A stretch of DNA of 64,000 bases, taken from an uncultured Eubacteriales bacterium (GTDB taxonomy: Bacteria > Bacillota > Peptococcia > Peptococcales > SKKY01). The translations under genes and the position numbers were made by a program. Location of the stretch: contig CAZXPJ010000004.1 in NCBI GenBank assembly GCA_964642925.1, positions 15,420-79,419 on the forward strand, in the 5' to 3' direction. The notes under the pieces are model-generated. The model made no database searches, was not told where the DNA came from, and worked only from the letters and a program-made list of their open reading frames with translations. Of the stretch, positions 1 through 9,424 are shown piece by piece (within the stretch, counting starts at the first letter, position 1; every line of letters begins with the position of its first letter).

Positions 1-390
1 TTTAAAGTAAATATCTTTTTCTGAAACCTTAAAGCCAGGTGGAACTTGTTTATCAATTAATTCCATGTCAAATTCAAGATCGTAGATCTTTCCACATTCC
101 TTACATTTAAAATGGCCATGTTCCGCTGAGATTCCTTCATATCTTGATTCACTACTTTCAATATTAACCACCTTAACTAGGCCTGCATCAATTAAAACAT
201 TCAAGGTATTATAGACAGTAGTTTTAGATAAAGTAGGAATTTCTACATTTAAATCATTATAAATCTGATCAACAGTGGGATGGTTCTCATTATTAAACAG
301 ATATTCTAAAATTTTTAACCTTTGTAAAGAAGGTTTTACACCTTTTTCCTTTAGTAAACTAGTTAATTCCCTTATCTTTATATTTTTCAT
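1..390 (-). CDS. Fur-family metalloregulator (PerR/Fur-like), C-terminus cut by window edge
   Basis: Hand translation of the minus strand from ATG at 388-390 gives MKNIKIRELTSLLKEKGVKPSLQRLKILEYLFNNENHPTVDQIYNDL...TVYNTLNVLIDAGLV...HGHFKCKECGKIYD. This is a winged-helix N-domain plus the HxHFxCxxCG metal motif of the Fur family. It is absent from the ORF track because it runs off the edge. Confidence 0.8.
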   Translation of the reverse strand, partial: MKNIKIRELTSLLKEKGVKPSLQRLKILEYLFNNENHPTVDQIYNDLNVEIPTLSKTTVYNTLNVLIDAGLVKVVNIESSESRYEGISAEHGHFKCKECGKIYDLEFDMELIDKQVPPGFKVSEKDIYFK

Positions 391-441
391 AAAAAGCACC
401 TAATCTCTTTTTGATTACTAGTTTGAAATGGTTATAAGTTT

Positions 442-470
442 ATTATAGTTACATTTATGCTATTTGTCAA
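442..470 (-). promoter_or_regulatory. sigma-A type promoter of the Fur-family gene
   Basis: Minus strand reads TTGACA (465-470), a 17-nt spacer, then TATAAT (442-447). It lies about 50 nt upstream of the ATG. A short AT palindrome TATAA-N5-TTATA (433-447) overlaps the -10 element. Confidence 0.6.
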
Positions 471-477
471 ATCTTTT

Positions 478-1440
478 TTAGTTCCTAATAATTATATATA
501 TCATATACCCAACATATAATAGTACTAAAATAGTTCCCTCACTTCTGTTAATCTCCTTATTAGTATAAGAAAAATAATAAGAAATAAATGTTATGAGTAG
601 CAAGAAGAAAAAATCAAAGAATAATTTACTAGAAACACTTATGGGGCTTATGACAGAAGAAAATCCAAGGACAAAAAGAATATTAAAAAGTCCTGAACCG
701 ATAATATTTCCAACAGCAATATCAGATTGTCCTTTAAAAGCTGCCGTTGCTGAGGTAACTAATTCTGGTAACGATGTACCAATAGCTACTATAGTAATAC
801 TAATTAAAGCCTCACTCATTCCCCAAAAAGAGGCGATTGTAATAGCTGATTTAACTACAAAATTTCCACCGAATACAATCATTCCTAAACCTAGAACTAA
901 GAAAACGATGCTGCGAGAAATAGGAATAGTATTAAGGTCAAAGATAGAGCTATCTTCTTCCTTGCTTAAAAAGGCAAGTTCTACTAGATATGCAACGAAT
1001 AATATAAATCCCAAAAGCAATACAACACCATCACTTCGACTAATAACGTTAACTTTAAAACCATCAATTAAATTATCTGCTGATAAAATAAACATTAAAA
1101 TAGTTGCATAAATAGCAAGGGGAAATTCTTTAATAATAGTATTTTTTTTAACAGTAATGTTTCTTATCATTGCTGATATTCCAATAGCCATTAATAAGTT
1201 AAAAATATTTGAACCAATAACATTACCAATAACAATATCATTTGATCCCTTTAAAGCTGCAGTGAAACTAACAGCAGCTTCAGGAGCACTGGTCCCAAAA
1301 GCAACAACCGTTAACCCTATTAACAAAGGAGGAATCCTAGCAATAGATGATAAAGCAGATGCTCCATCTACAAAAAAATCGGCTCCTTTTATCAGTAAAA
1401 AGAACCCAATTATCAATATTAAATATTCCAAATTATTCAC
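478..1440 (-). CDS. Ca2+/Na+ antiporter, CaCA (YrbG-like) family
   Basis: 320-aa polytopic membrane protein with the two alpha-repeat signatures GTSAPE and GTSLPE. Confidence 0.85.
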   Translation of the reverse strand: MNNLEYLILIIGFFLLIKGADFFVDGASALSSIARIPPLLIGLTVVAFGTSAPEAAVSFTAALKGSNDIVIGNVIGSNIFNLLMAIGISAMIRNITVKKNTIIKEFPLAIYATILMFILSADNLIDGFKVNVISRSDGVVLLLGFILFVAYLVELAFLSKEEDSSIFDLNTIPISRSIVFLVLGLGMIVFGGNFVVKSAITIASFWGMSEALISITIVAIGTSLPELVTSATAAFKGQSDIAVGNIIGSGLFNILFVLGFSSVISPISVSSKLFFDFFFLLLITFISYYFSYTNKEINRSEGTILVLLYVGYMIYIIIRN

Positions 1441-1448
1441 TCCATTAA

Positions 1449-1515
1449 TAAAAAATTAACCTACTAGAGTTAATTTTAAAGGCTTTTTAGGTCCTTGTCT
1501 ACTCAAGTAGGTTAA
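1449..1515 (-). terminator. possible intrinsic terminator after mce
   Basis: 10-bp inverted repeat TTAACCTACT (1456-1465) / AGTAGGTTAA (1506-1515), followed on the minus strand by TTTTTTAT. The 40-nt loop is long, so confidence is modest. Confidence 0.4.
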
Positions 1516-1546
1516 TGTCCTGTTAACGTTTATTTAATTATCTTGT

Positions 1547-1951
1547 TTAGTTTCTTTCAGAGATTTCGAAAAGAACTCCACCTGTAGCTTTTGGATGTAA
1601 GAAAGCAATACTTGCTCCCCCAGCACCATATCTAGGTTTTTCATCAATTAACTTTACTCCGCTTTCTTTAAGATATTCAAGAGCACCTTCAATACTATCT
1701 ACTCTTAAGGCAACATGCTGAATTCCTTCGCCGTTTTTATCTATAAATCTAGCTATTGGTCCATCTGGTGCAGTAGACTCTAATAATTCTATTTCACTAT
1801 CTCCTACCGGAAAAAATGCTACTCTAACTTTTTGCTCTTCAACTGTTTCAATACCTTCACACTTTAATCCTAAGAAATCAGTATAAAACTTCATTCTCTC
1901 TTCAAGATTGTTAACTGCAATTCCGATGTGGTCAATTTTTAATACTTTCAT
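1547..1951 (-). CDS. mce: methylmalonyl-CoA epimerase (VOC/glyoxalase fold)
   Basis: 134 aa. [17 protein letters not shown] and the C-terminal [13 protein letters not shown] are typical of methylmalonyl-CoA epimerases. Confidence 0.8.
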   Translation of the reverse strand: MKVLKIDHIGIAVNNLEERMKFYTDFLGLKCEGIETVEEQKVRVAFFPVGDSEIELLESTAPDGPIARFIDKNGEGIQHVALRVDSIEGALEYLKESGVKLIDEKPRYGAGGASIAFLHPKATGGVLFEISERN

Positions 1952-1991
1952 ATTAATCCTCCTCCATTTAGTTTATAATAATTACATCTTT

Positions 1992-2020
1992 ATTATAATA
2001 CCATTTATGTAATTTGTCAA
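1992..2020 (-). promoter_or_regulatory. sigma-A type promoter of mce
   Basis: Minus strand reads TTGACA (2015-2020), a 17-nt spacer, then TATAAT (1992-1997). The SD GGAGGAGG precedes the ATG at 1951. Confidence 0.6.
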
Positions 2021-2031
2021 GCCTATCTAAA

Positions 2032-2868
2032 TTAGAATACAAAGCCTATAGTTCCAAAACCTCCATGAGAACCCATAATTGGTCCTAGGGTATAAATAAA
2101 AATCTCTTTTGGTTTGAGCCTTTCTTCTATTTCTTTTTTTAGAAAAAGTATTTCTTCTTCCTGAGCTTGGGCATGTAGTATGTAAAAAGGAAATTTAGAA
2201 AAATCTTTCCCGTCTTTTTCCATAATGTCTATTATTCTTTTTAGCTGTTTACGCCTTCCCCTTACATATTCTATTACATGAACTTCTCCTTCTTTAGTTA
2301 AATATAAAATAGGCTTTATCTGAAAAACTTGGGCAATGGACCCCTTCCAGTTAGAGATTCTTCCCCCCTTTATTACATTATCTAAATCATCAATTAGGAT
2401 GTATGCATATAAATCTTTTGCAATCTCTCTTAATCTATCTGCTATATCTGATAGACTCTTACCTTTTTCTGATAATTCATGGGCTATTAAGGCTAATCTC
2501 CCCGTCACCATACTTAAACTTTTAGAATCAATTACTTCTATATTATATTCCTTTAATAGGTTCTTGGCTAAATTAGCACTTTCAAAGGTTCCACTTATTA
2601 ATGAAGAAATAGTTATACATATAATATCATTTTCAGGACCAAATTTTCTGAAAGTATCTATAAATTCCTGGGGAGCGGGAAGAGAAGTAACAGGAAGGTC
2701 TTTATTTTCTCCCATCTTTTGGTAAAAAAGATCGTAATCCATTTCTTTTCTATCTCGATAACATTCTTCTCCAAACCTAACTTGCAAAGGAACAATCTCA
2801 ATACCTAATTTATCTGCTAAATCCTGTGGTAGGTCTGAACCGCTGTCAGTTACTACTTTTACAGACAT
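2032..2868 (-). CDS. DegV family fatty-acid-binding protein
   Basis: 278 aa. The N-terminal KVVTDSGSDLP and overall length fit the DegV family. Confidence 0.85.
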   Translation of the reverse strand: MSVKVVTDSGSDLPQDLADKLGIEIVPLQVRFGEECYRDRKEMDYDLFYQKMGENKDLPVTSLPAPQEFIDTFRKFGPENDIICITISSLISGTFESANLAKNLLKEYNIEVIDSKSLSMVTGRLALIAHELSEKGKSLSDIADRLREIAKDLYAYILIDDLDNVIKGGRISNWKGSIAQVFQIKPILYLTKEGEVHVIEYVRGRRKQLKRIIDIMEKDGKDFSKFPFYILHAQAQEEEILFLKKEIEERLKPKEIFIYTLGPIMGSHGGFGTIGFVF

Positions 2869-2885
2869 TTTAAAACACCTCTTCT

Positions 2886-3986
2886 TTAATCTTTGATTTT
2901 ACTTGCTACTTTATCTGGTAATAAGTTTAATGCTAGAACTCTTATTATCAAATAGAATGGCACTGCAAAAAGAACGCCTAAAATACCTGCGAAATGTCCT
3001 CCCAAAATTACTATTATAATTACAACAACTGGGTGGATGCTTAATTTTTTACTCATTACTTGAGGTGAAATAAAGATACCTTCCACCTGCTGGATTGCAA
3101 CTACTAAAATTAACACCTTAATAAACATAGAGAAAGAGTCTACTAGGCTAATAACTAAGGCGGGTAAAGCACCTAAAATTGGTCCTAAATAAGGAATGAA
3201 ATTTGTAAAGAAAACAATAGTAGATAAAACTAGAGGAGCCTCTACTCCAATTATTGTATAACCTACAAAGGATATAACTGCTAAGAAAAGACATACTAAG
3301 ACTCGTCCTTTTATAAAAGCATTAAGGCCTGAATCAATCTCCGTTATTATTTTGTCTCCCTTTCCCTTATATTTTAAGGGTATAAAAGCTACCACTTTCT
3401 TATTTAGTTCCCTAACATCTACTAATAGATAGAAAAGGAAAACTGGGAAAAGAAATATACCTATTAGAGTATTGGACACAAAGGACACTAAAGATGATAC
3501 ATCTTCATCTAATCTGCTGAAAAAAGCATCCATAATTACACCAAAATATTCCGTCAATTTTTCTACTGCTACAAAATCAGAATTCTGAAATCTAGCAAAA
3601 AGAGGATGTTGTGTCAGATTTTGAAAAGTTTCTTTAATATAAAATGTTAGATCCGGGATATATTCTACTAACTTAACTAGCTGTTCTTGAAAAGATGCAC
3701 CTAAAAGTAGTAGGGAAATTACAATTATCGAAATAACTGAAGCAAAGAGGATGCTTGTACCCCAAATTCTTTTAATACCCTTTTTTTCCATCCAATTAAT
3801 TAATGGAACTGAAATATAGTAAAAGATCACAGCAAAAGAAATAGGTAAGAAGAAAATCTTAATAAAAACTGTAAAAGGATAAAAAACGAAAGATACCTTC
3901 TCCCCTATATAAATTATTAATAAAATTAGTAATACCCACAAAGCTCTTGTAAAGTGCTTAGATTCTAGAATTTTCATTTTTAACAC
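2886..3986 (-). CDS. AI-2E family transporter (PerM/UPF0118)
   Basis: 366-aa polytopic membrane protein with the IPYLGPILGALP signature region. Confidence 0.75.
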   Translation of the reverse strand: MLKMKILESKHFTRALWVLLILLIIYIGEKVSFVFYPFTVFIKIFFLPISFAVIFYYISVPLINWMEKKGIKRIWGTSILFASVISIIVISLLLLGASFQEQLVKLVEYIPDLTFYIKETFQNLTQHPLFARFQNSDFVAVEKLTEYFGVIMDAFFSRLDEDVSSLVSFVSNTLIGIFLFPVFLFYLLVDVRELNKKVVAFIPLKYKGKGDKIITEIDSGLNAFIKGRVLVCLFLAVISFVGYTIIGVEAPLVLSTIVFFTNFIPYLGPILGALPALVISLVDSFSMFIKVLILVVAIQQVEGIFISPQVMSKKLSIHPVVVIIIVILGGHFAGILGVLFAVPFYLIIRVLALNLLPDKVASKIKD

Positions 3987-3999
3987 AACCTCTAATTTT

Positions 4000-4842
4000 T
4001 CAGATTTTTAAGTCCTCTGCATGATATGAGCTACGTACTAGGGGGGCCGAAGAAACATTTTTAAATCCTGCTTCATAGGCTTTCTCTTTATAATATTCAA
4101 AAATTTCTGGTTTAACATATTCCTTTACTTCAATATGCATAGAAGATGGTTGCAGATATTGACCTATAGTGAGTATATCACATTTAACTTCTGCTAATTT
4201 TTTGATTACCTCCACTACTTGTTCTTCCTTCTCTCCCAAGCCCAACATTACCCCGGACTTAGTAACCATTTCAGGATCTTTTTCCTTAAAATATCTTATA
4301 ACCTCAATAGACCTATCAAAGTTAGCCATGGGCCTTACCTCACTATAAAGCTCCGGTATGGTTTCTACATTATGATTTAAGATATCTGGCTTTGAATCTA
4401 TGACCAGATCTAAAAGATCCTTTCTTCCTTGCAAATCCGGGATAAGAAGTTCAATTGTTACACCCTCGTCTATCTTTCTAATTTCCTCTACAACCTTAAC
4501 AAATTGCATTGCCCCTTGATCAGAAAGGTCATCCCTAGTTACAGATGTTATTACTGCGTGCCTAAGACCCAATTTTTTTACAGCTTCTGCCACTTTTCTT
4601 GGCTCTTCTAGGTTAACCTTATCGGGGAGATTCCGCGATACATTACAAAATGTACAATTTCTTGTGCAATTTCTACCTAGAATCATGAAGGTAGCCGTTC
4701 CTCTTTCATAACATTCCATCCTATTGGGACAATTAGCTTCAGTACACACTGTATTTAATCCTAATTCTTCTAAGGTTCCTTTGACCCTATTTGATATAGC
4801 ACTACCTTGAAGTTTTACTTTAAGCCATTCTGGCTTTCCCAT
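4000..4842 (-). CDS. lipA: lipoyl synthase (radical SAM)
   Basis: CxxxxCxxxxxC ([12 protein letters not shown]) plus the radical-SAM CTRNCTFC motif. 280 aa. Confidence 0.95.
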   Translation of the reverse strand: MGKPEWLKVKLQGSAISNRVKGTLEELGLNTVCTEANCPNRMECYERGTATFMILGRNCTRNCTFCNVSRNLPDKVNLEEPRKVAEAVKKLGLRHAVITSVTRDDLSDQGAMQFVKVVEEIRKIDEGVTIELLIPDLQGRKDLLDLVIDSKPDILNHNVETIPELYSEVRPMANFDRSIEVIRYFKEKDPEMVTKSGVMLGLGEKEEQVVEVIKKLAEVKCDILTIGQYLQPSSMHIEVKEYVKPEIFEYYKEKAYEAGFKNVSSAPLVRSSYHAEDLKI

Positions 4843-4873
4843 GCAAATTCTCCTTCAAATTCAAAAAATAATC

Positions 4874-5872
4874 TTACTCCTTAAGAGTTAACAGGCTTAC
4901 TAACTCCTGAGAAGAGAGTCCTTTTATATATTCATTTACATTCACTTTTTTAATTTCTCGGTTAAGCTCATCTTCATCTAATTTATTGCCTTGCAATAGC
5001 TTTTCAAGTATGGATATAGGTTTTTCACCAAAGAAATCCCCATATATCTTAACTTTCTCTATATTTCCATCTTTTTCTCTCATTAATATTTCTACTGTTC
5101 CTGAAGGAAATTTCCCTTCTTTCGAAATGTTATAATTAGATAATTTCCCGTAATTCCATTCACTAGACTCAAATCTGTCTTTTTGGATCTTTAATACCTC
5201 AGCAATTTCATGCTTATTAAGTATATATTCTTCTTTAATATTGTAGTATTTCATAATATATTCTTTTAAGTAGTCCTTAAATTCAATAACATCCATTTTC
5301 TTAGAAAGATGTTCTGAAATATTCGTAACTCTGGATCTTACCGACTTAACCCCTTTATCTTGATACTTTAATGGCTTCATTTTTAAAGCTTTACTAAGTT
5401 TTTCTAAATTGCCTGAAAAAAGTATAGTACCATGATGAAGTATTTTGTTTTTATAATAATATTGTGCGTTACCAGAAATTTTTTTTCCATCTAACAAAAT
5501 ATCGTTTCTCCCAGTAAAAACAGCTTTGACTCCTAAAGAATCCAAGGCTTTTATAACAGGGAGAGCAAATTTTTCAAATCCATTTTTTAAATAATTTTCA
5601 TTTTGATTCTTTCTTGTAATAAATGTGAAATTTATATTTCCGTAGTCATTAAAGACAGTTCCTCCACCAGAGAGCCTTCTTACAACATCAATATTTTCTT
5701 CTTGTACATAATCTTCATTTATTTCTGTTAAAGTATTTTGATTTCTTCCAATTAGAATAGCAGGACGATTTTTCCATAAAACAAAAACATCTTCATCCAT
5801 ATTTTTTAATATATATTCTTCTAAAGCATGATTAAAAAAAGGGTTTTCCGATTCATTGTTTACATAAATCAT
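4874..5872 (-). CDS. lplA: lipoate-protein ligase A
   Basis: 332 aa. RLSGGGTVFNDYGNINF motif and a C-terminal accessory domain. Located directly upstream of lipA. Confidence 0.85.
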   Translation of the reverse strand: MIYVNNESENPFFNHALEEYILKNMDEDVFVLWKNRPAILIGRNQNTLTEINEDYVQEENIDVVRRLSGGGTVFNDYGNINFTFITRKNQNENYLKNGFEKFALPVIKALDSLGVKAVFTGRNDILLDGKKISGNAQYYYKNKILHHGTILFSGNLEKLSKALKMKPLKYQDKGVKSVRSRVTNISEHLSKKMDVIEFKDYLKEYIMKYYNIKEEYILNKHEIAEVLKIQKDRFESSEWNYGKLSNYNISKEGKFPSGTVEILMREKDGNIEKVKIYGDFFGEKPISILEKLLQGNKLDEDELNREIKKVNVNEYIKGLSSQELVSLLTLKE

Positions 5873-5928
5873 ATTGTATTATTACCCCTCTCTTAAGATT
5901 TATACTCAATTAATTATTTAAGTATATC

Positions 5929-5970
5929 AAAAAGCTCAGAAAATTATAATAAAATTTTCTGAGCTTTTTT
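5929..5970. terminator. bidirectional intrinsic terminator (serves the SulP gene)
   Basis: Perfect 13-bp stem AGCTCAGAAAATT (5933-5945) / AATTTTCTGAGCT (5953-5965) with a 7-nt loop. An A-run and a T-run flank it. Confidence 0.8.
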
Positions 5971-5972
5971 CT

Positions 5973-7610
5973 TTAAGCAATATTCTCTGAATATTTTATA
6001 GCCATTTCTGTTGAATTAAAAAACCGATCTGCCCCAATCTCTTGGTAGAGCCCTGAGTTTTGCAATACCAATAGGGGTTGTTCTTGAATCCTTGAGATAA
6101 GAACTTGTATTTTGTTTCTCTTACAAACTTTAACAAATTTTTCAAAGGAATGAAGAGCTGTAGCATCCATAGTTGGCACATTTTTCATCCTTATAATCAT
6201 TGCCTTAGTTCCCTTTCCAGAAACTACCTTTGTTACATCCATAAACTTATAGGCTGCTCCAAAAAAGAAAGGCCCATTTATTTCATAAAGCTTAACTCCT
6301 TTAGGCAATTCTCTTTTATCCCAATTTTCTTCTTTAGTATAATCTAATTGAACTCGCTCTACTAAGGTAACATCAGACATTCTCTTCATAAAGAGAAGAG
6401 CTGCTAAGACCATTCCTACTTCTATTGCTACAACCAAGTCTACTAATATGGTAATTAGAAAAGTAACTACTAATACTAAAAGATCTCCTCTAGGGACCTT
6501 TAAGAAAGAAACAAATTCTCTCCACTCACTCATATTATATGCTACTACCATAAGGACTCCCGCTAAAGAAGCCAGGGGGATTAGTCCTGCTAAAGGCATA
6601 AATAAAACTAATATAATCAATAATACTAAAGCATGAACCATTCCAGCTACTGGAGTCCGCCCTCCGTTATTTATATTAGTTACTGTTCGAGCTATTGCTC
6701 CCGTTGCTGGTATGCCACCAAAAAGACCCGATCCAATATTAGCAATACCTTGAGCGATAAGTTCTGTATTTGATCTATGTTTGCCCCCAATCATACCATC
6801 AGAAACTACTGCTGAAAGGAGAGATTCGATCCCTCCTAATATGGCTATAGTAAAGGCTGGTCCTATGAGTAGCCGTACCTTTGCAAAATCAAAAACCGGA
6901 AGAGAAAATTTCGGTAGAGCAGAAGATAAAACACCAAATTTTGATCCTATTGTGGGTACATCAATATTAGCCACATTAATAAGTATAGTTGTTGCAATAA
7001 TAGCTATTAAAGGTCCAGGAATTTTAAAACCTAATTTTGGCCAAAAAGCTATAATTAAAATTGTCATTATTCCAATTATTAAGCTTCCAGAATTAATAGT
7101 ATTCAGATTAGAAAAATATGCTCCCCATTTTTCTAAAAAATCTGCTGGTGGTTCTCCCATATTAAAACCAAAAAAATCTTTTATTTGAGATGAGAAGATC
7201 AAAAGAGCAATACCACTAGTGAAACCTGTAATTATGGGAGAGGGAATAAACTTTATAACATCTCCTAGTTTTAAGAGTCCCATAAAGATTAAGATAATTC
7301 CTGCCATTATAGTCGCTAATATTAGACCATCCAAGCCATGCTCCATGATAATACCATAAACAATTATCATGAAAGCACCTGTAGGTCCCCCTATTTGTAC
7401 TCTACTACCCCCGAAAAATGATATTAAAAAACCTGCAATGATTGCAGTGTGAAGCCCTTTTTCAGGAGATACACCAGAAGCAATACCTAGCGCTATAGAT
7501 AAGGGTAAAGCTATAATTGCTAAAATCACTCCAGCGGTAAAATCTCTGAAAAAATCCTCCTTTTTGTAACCTTTCATCGTTGAAAAAAATTTAGGTCGAA
7601 ACATCGACAC
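5973..7610 (-). CDS. SulP family inorganic anion transporter with C-terminal STAS domain
   Basis: Polytopic N-terminal region and a STAS-like C-terminus. The track ORF extends to 7691, but GGAGG sits 9 nt before GTG at 7610 (ATG at 7604 is an alternative). A TTGTCA-17-TACAAT promoter lies inside the extension. Confidence 0.8.
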   Translation of the reverse strand: MSMFRPKFFSTMKGYKKEDFFRDFTAGVILAIIALPLSIALGIASGVSPEKGLHTAIIAGFLISFFGGSRVQIGGPTGAFMIIVYGIIMEHGLDGLILATIMAGIILIFMGLLKLGDVIKFIPSPIITGFTSGIALLIFSSQIKDFFGFNMGEPPADFLEKWGAYFSNLNTINSGSLIIGIMTILIIAFWPKLGFKIPGPLIAIIATTILINVANIDVPTIGSKFGVLSSALPKFSLPVFDFAKVRLLIGPAFTIAILGGIESLLSAVVSDGMIGGKHRSNTELIAQGIANIGSGLFGGIPATGAIARTVTNINNGGRTPVAGMVHALVLLIILVLFMPLAGLIPLASLAGVLMVVAYNMSEWREFVSFLKVPRGDLLVLVVTFLITILVDLVVAIEVGMVLAALLFMKRMSDVTLVERVQLDYTKEENWDKRELPKGVKLYEINGPFFFGAAYKFMDVTKVVSGKGTKAMIIRMKNVPTMDATALHSFEKFVKVCKRNKIQVLISRIQEQPLLVLQNSGLYQEIGADRFFNSTEMAIKYSENIA

Positions 7611-7778
7611 TTTATTGCGCCTCCATTCTTGAAAATAAATATGTATTTTAAAATTAAATTGTACGCCATATTGTCCATTTTGACAAACCACTTGTTTAAT
7701 TATTGATTAATTAAGGTAAGCCTTGTTAATAAAAGATATTTAGAGAAACATTTAAATATAAAAAGAGGAGGTTTTTTT

Positions 7779-8864
7779 ATGACAAATTTTATTGAAAAAG
7801 ATTTGAAAAAATTAATTGCAAATGAAGGTGGAATATCTATAAGTATTGTTCTCCCTATTGCTCCACCAGGGCAAGGGGACGAAAAAAATAAAATCAAATT
7901 CAAAAATCTTTTACAAAAAAGTGAAAATGAACTTTCTACTCAGGGATTAAAGAAAGCTGAGATAGATGCATTGTTAAAAGAAATAAAAGAATCCGCAGAA
8001 CATCCTGCATTTTTTAGAAGTGGGAAAAAAGGTATGGTTGTATTTATAAATAAAAACTTTACCAGAATTTTCAACGTTCCCTATGATGTTCAAGAAAAAT
8101 CTTCTGTGGGGGATGTGTTTTTTATTAAACCCCTATTACCTTTAATTCAAGGCAATGGAGAGTACTTTGTTTTAGCAATAAATAAAGATCGTGCTAGCCT
8201 TTACTCCGCTGATAAAAGCAATATTTTTGAAGTAGATATTTCTACTATCACCCAAGAAGCAGATAAAGAAATAGAGATGATGACTACACAAAAGCATTTC
8301 AATTATCACGCTATAACTGGAGGAGCTGGAGCAATTTTTCACGGACAAGATAGCTCGGATTTAGAAAGAAATAAAGTAACTCAATACTTCCGCTTAGTTA
8401 GCGAAGGATTAAGAGATATTTTAAATAAACATAATTACCCTTTAGTTTTGGCTGGGATAGAATATTTACATCCAATTTACCAAGAAGTTAACAAATATCA
8501 TAATATTTTAAAAGATGGTGTATACGGTAATCCTGATGATATTGAATTATCAGTGATCCACGAGAGATCATGGAAAATAGTAGAACCTTTATTTAAAGAA
8601 GGGATGAAAAGAGACGCTAAGATTTTCCGAACCTTAAATGGCACAGGAAATGCTTCTAGTGATATTAATGAAATTGCTACTAAAGCAGAGTATGGACAGG
8701 TGGATTCACTTTTTATAAATCCTAATGACCTCTTTGATGGGGACTGTAGAGATGTTCTTAATATGATTGCCATAAATACTCTTAAAAATAATGGTAAAAT
8801 TTATGGAATTGATACTAGTGAAATATTCAATAATATATCAGTAGCAGCAACATACAGATATTAA
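7779..8864 (+). CDS. bacterial eRF1-like (baeRF-type) protein, function unknown
   Basis: 361 aa. Colinear with my memory of the bacterial aeRF1-like families at IKFKNLL, FFIKPLLPLI, YFVLAINKDRASLY, AIFHGQDSSD, YFRLVSEGL, PLVLAGIEYLHPIYQE and GNPDD..SVIHERSWKIVEP. SD AAGAGGAGG precedes the ATG. Confidence 0.55.
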   Translation: MTNFIEKDLKKLIANEGGISISIVLPIAPPGQGDEKNKIKFKNLLQKSENELSTQGLKKAEIDALLKEIKESAEHPAFFRSGKKGMVVFINKNFTRIFNVPYDVQEKSSVGDVFFIKPLLPLIQGNGEYFVLAINKDRASLYSADKSNIFEVDISTITQEADKEIEMMTTQKHFNYHAITGGAGAIFHGQDSSDLERNKVTQYFRLVSEGLRDILNKHNYPLVLAGIEYLHPIYQEVNKYHNILKDGVYGNPDDIELSVIHERSWKIVEPLFKEGMKRDAKIFRTLNGTGNASSDINEIATKAEYGQVDSLFINPNDLFDGDCRDVLNMIAINTLKNNGKIYGIDTSEIFNNISVAATYRY

Positions 8865-8883
8865 AATATACCTTCCAATAAGT

Positions 8884-8918
8884 AAAAGCCTAGAATTGAA
8901 CTTTAATTCTAGGCTTTT
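8884..8918. terminator. bidirectional intrinsic terminator between convergent genes
   Basis: 14-bp stem AAAAGCCTAGAATT (8884-8897) / AATTCTAGGCTTTT (8905-8918). It overlaps the last codons of the minus-strand gene. Confidence 0.75.
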
Positions 8919-9418
8919 ATCATGAATCTCCATCCACAGTGCCAGCCTGGTCCTACTTTATCCGGGGGGCAACCAATACATTCTGTAATAATTCTTTCAT
9001 CTATTTCTTTAGCAAAATACCCATATTCAACTATACCAACGGGTTTACAAGGGAAAAAATCCATTCCCTTTCTTTCTCTAGCGTTTTGAACTCTACAAGA
9101 CTCCATATAAAACTCTAATGTATTAGTATCAATACGGATAGTTTTTTGTTCATTAATAAAGGCATACATTCTGTATTTCAAGCACTCTTCTAAATTATCT
9201 AGGCCTCCACCTTTGCTTAATCCTAAAAGAGACAAGATTCTTTTTGCTTCTAATTTGGTCTGTTTCTTCCAAGCTTCTACATCTATTTTTATTGCTTCTT
9301 TCATGCCATAATTTTTTTCTACTTCTTGGAACCATAAACCATCATGAGATAACCATCTTTTCGCAAAATCTATAGCAAGATTTTTCCACATTTCCTCAGG
9401 AACATAATCAAACTTCAT
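8909..9418 (-). CDS. conserved hypothetical protein (DUF6125 / ATC-hydrolase-like), Cys-rich C-terminus
   Basis: 169 aa. Contains WLSHDGLWFQ and a C-terminal CIGCPPD...WHCGW. The family assignment is from memory only. Confidence 0.4.
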   Translation of the reverse strand: MKFDYVPEEMWKNLAIDFAKRWLSHDGLWFQEVEKNYGMKEAIKIDVEAWKKQTKLEAKRILSLLGLSKGGGLDNLEECLKYRMYAFINEQKTIRIDTNTLEFYMESCRVQNARERKGMDFFPCKPVGIVEYGYFAKEIDERIITECIGCPPDKVGPGWHCGWRFMIKA

Positions 9419-9424
9419 AAATTA

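Noticed and set aside
593-1459. Plus-strand ORFs of 172 aa and 100 aa antisense to the CaCA antiporter gene. The same applies to similar antisense ORFs across the window: 2336-2725, 6781-7188, 11850-12206, 25168-25590, 34701-35045, 35971-36282, 40672-40947 and 51240-51527.
   Set aside because: They lie fully inside well-supported genes on the other strand. Their products are low-complexity, Lys/Ile/Pro/Thr-rich mirror translations typical of AT-rich DNA. They have no SD and no recognisable motifs.
7696-7714. Palindrome TTAATTA-ttgat-TAATTAA in the divergent sulP/baeRF intergenic region. I considered it as an operator.
   Set aside because: It consists purely of A and T in roughly 30% GC DNA, where such palindromes are expected by chance. 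There is no second copy or supporting context.
7611-7903. The 5' extension of the SulP ORF (MVCQNGQYGV...) and the 67-aa minus-strand ORF at 7700-7903.
   Set aside because: The extension contains the likely promoter (TTGTCA-17-TACAAT) and the SD of the real start. The 67-aa ORF overlaps the start of the baeRF-like gene and has no SD.
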